Positions 51,511 through 53,003 of a stretch of 53,003 bases of DNA are shown piece by piece; the stretch's first letter is position 1; every line of letters begins with the position of its first letter. The position numbers and the translations under genes were made by a program. The stretch lies in assembly GCA_045597045.1 (NCBI GenBank), contig JAZODN010000025.1, positions 1 to 53,003 on the forward strand, written 5' to 3'. This DNA comes from Acutalibacteraceae bacterium. Lineage in GTDB: Bacteria > Bacillota > Clostridia > Oscillospirales > Acutalibacteraceae. The notes beneath the pieces are model-generated. The model was not told where the DNA came from. It made no database searches and was given only the letters and a program-made list of their open reading frames with translations.

Positions 51511-52017
51511 GTGAAAAAGCGGTATTTGGAAGCGGGCGAGGTCGTGAGCACCCATGGGGTACGTGGCGAAATGCGCGTGCAGCCGTGGTGTGATACCCCC
51601 GAAATGTTTTCGAAGCTTCGCATGCTGTATTGGGATGCCGAAGGCACGCAGCCGGTTCGTGTAAAATCGCGGCCACACAAAACGTTGGCGCTGGTGAAAG
51701 CGGAGGGCATTGATACGGTGCAGGATGCAGCGGCACGTCGCGGATGCATTTTGTATTTAGATCGCCGAGATGTCAAACTGGCGCCGGGTCAGTATTTCAT
51801 TTGCGATCTGATCGGTCTGCGTGTGGTGGATGCCGATACGGCGGAGGAATACGGGTTGATCACCGATGTGAGTCACACCGGTGCCAACGACGTTTATCAC
51901 ATGGCGTATCAAGGCCGCGAAGTGTTGATTCCGGTGATTCCGTCGGTGGTTACGTCGGTCGACGTGGATGGCGGCACGGTGAAGATCTGTCCTTTGGAGG
52001 GCTTGTTTGATTTATGA
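51511..52017 (+). CDS. rimM: 16S rRNA processing protein RimM
   Basis: GTG 51511 after AGAAGGGAG. LEAGEVVSTHGVRGEMRVQPWCD and a PRC-barrel C-terminus. Confidence 0.85.
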   Translation: MKKRYLEAGEVVSTHGVRGEMRVQPWCDTPEMFSKLRMLYWDAEGTQPVRVKSRPHKTLALVKAEGIDTVQDAAARRGCILYLDRRDVKLAPGQYFICDLIGLRVVDADTAEEYGLITDVSHTGANDVYHMAYQGREVLIPVIPSVVTSVDVDGGTVKICPLEGLFDL

Positions 52018-52766
52018 GAATCGATTTTTTAACGCTCTTTCCCGATATGTGTGAAGCGGTGATGAGTGAAAGCATCATCGGTCGCGCCCGTGCTAAAGGT
52101 GCGCTGGAAGTGCATTGTCACCAGATTCGTGATTACACGTTGAATAAGCAAAAGCAGGTGGATGATTATCCTTACGGCGGCGGCATGGGCATGGTGCTGT
52201 TTCCGCAACCGATTGCGGATTGCTTTCGCGCGGTGTGTGAGCAAACGGGCACACGGCCGCACCTCGTATATATGTCTCCGCAAGGCGCGGTGCTGACTCA
52301 ACAACGCGCCAAAGAACTGGCACAGCTTCCCAATTTGTGCATTCTCTGCGGACACTACGAAGGAGTGGACGAGCGTGTGCTGGATGCGCTTGTGGACGAG
52401 CAGATCTCTATTGGTGATTATGTGTTGACGGGCGGTGAACTGCCGGCTTTGGTGTTGGCTGATTGCGTGGCACGCCTGACGCCGGGTGTGCTGTCGGATG
52501 AAGAATGCTTCACCGATGAAAGTCACTATGCCGGTCTGCTTGAATATCCGCAATATACACGCCCTGCCGAATGGGAAGGACGTGCGGTTCCGGAAATTCT
52601 GCTTAGCGGCCATCACGAAAACATCCGTAAATGGCGGCGCGAACAAGCAATACGCCGCACGTTTCTTCATCGCCCCGATATGCTGGAGTGTGCTGAACTG
52701 AGCGAGAAAGAACAGGCAATGATTGCGCAGTGGCAACAGGAAACAACCGAAAACAAAATAAAATGA
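52014..52766 (+). CDS. trmD: tRNA (guanine37-N1)-methyltransferase
   Basis: ATGA overlap with rimM. MRIDFLTLFPDM..., DDYPYGGGMGMV, CGHYEGVDERV, IGDYVLTGGELPA. Confidence 0.95.
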   Translation: MRIDFLTLFPDMCEAVMSESIIGRARAKGALEVHCHQIRDYTLNKQKQVDDYPYGGGMGMVLFPQPIADCFRAVCEQTGTRPHLVYMSPQGAVLTQQRAKELAQLPNLCILCGHYEGVDERVLDALVDEQISIGDYVLTGGELPALVLADCVARLTPGVLSDEECFTDESHYAGLLEYPQYTRPAEWEGRAVPEILLSGHHENIRKWRREQAIRRTFLHRPDMLECAELSEKEQAMIAQWQQETTENKIK

Positions 52767-52872
52767 CATGTTTTGTTATGTGAGTTTTCACAAATCGGCG
52801 CAGATATTTTTGGTGGAAATAGGGCAAAAAACCAAAAATCAAGTTTTTTGTGCCGAAAATCCACAAACAAGA

Positions 52873-52900
52873 TTGACGAAGTGCGTATTTGTGATATAAT
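52873..52900 (+). promoter_or_regulatory. extended -10 sigma-A promoter for the gene at the window edge
   Basis: TTGACG (52873-52878), 16 nt, TGaTATAAT (52892-52900). Confidence 0.6.
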
Positions 52901-52977
52901 ATACCAAGAACATAGAACACATTGCAACTTTGCTTTGGGGCGGAATATCCGCCTTAAATAGAGAGGAGACTTTTTTC

Positions 52978-53003
52978 ATGTTTGTGAAAGATGTTGTGGT
53001 CCA
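52978..53003 (+). CDS. 3'-truncated CDS start (MFVKDVVV...), product unknown
   Basis: GAGAGGAGA RBS lies 8 nt before ATG 52978. Only 8 codons are visible. Confidence 0.3.

Overview
GC-rich chromosomal window from an endospore-forming Firmicute, judged by the spoIIAA-spoIIAB-sigF operon, AGGAGG-type ribosome-binding sites and TTGACA-N17-TATAAT promoters. I saw no rRNA genes, CRISPR arrays, transposases, integrases or phage genes. Most content is core: two divergent DegV paralogs, ilvE, folC, the spoIIA operon, tRNA-Leu(CAG), aconitase, a maltodextrin cluster (malEFG-like, glgP, malQ) and ylxM-ffh-rpsP-KH-rimM-trmD. Other loci are an AraC-controlled GH78 rhamnosidase locus, a Crp-linked NitT/TauT-type ABC system, a fused MacB-type ABC exporter, and ECF-sigma and PadR modules. 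The best candidate for an undescribed system is a tight six-gene minus-strand operon at 3397-10318. It encodes a membrane-anchored XRE regulator, an unusually short (703 aa) glycyl radical enzyme with a Cys-x-Glu eliminase-type loop, and a minimal PflA-type activase. These are followed by a Zn alcohol dehydrogenase, an internally duplicated DUF1538-type membrane protein and a tandem P-II-like protein. All family calls rest on motifs read by eye; no database search was possible. Several ORF-track starts were moved to RBS-supported start codons.
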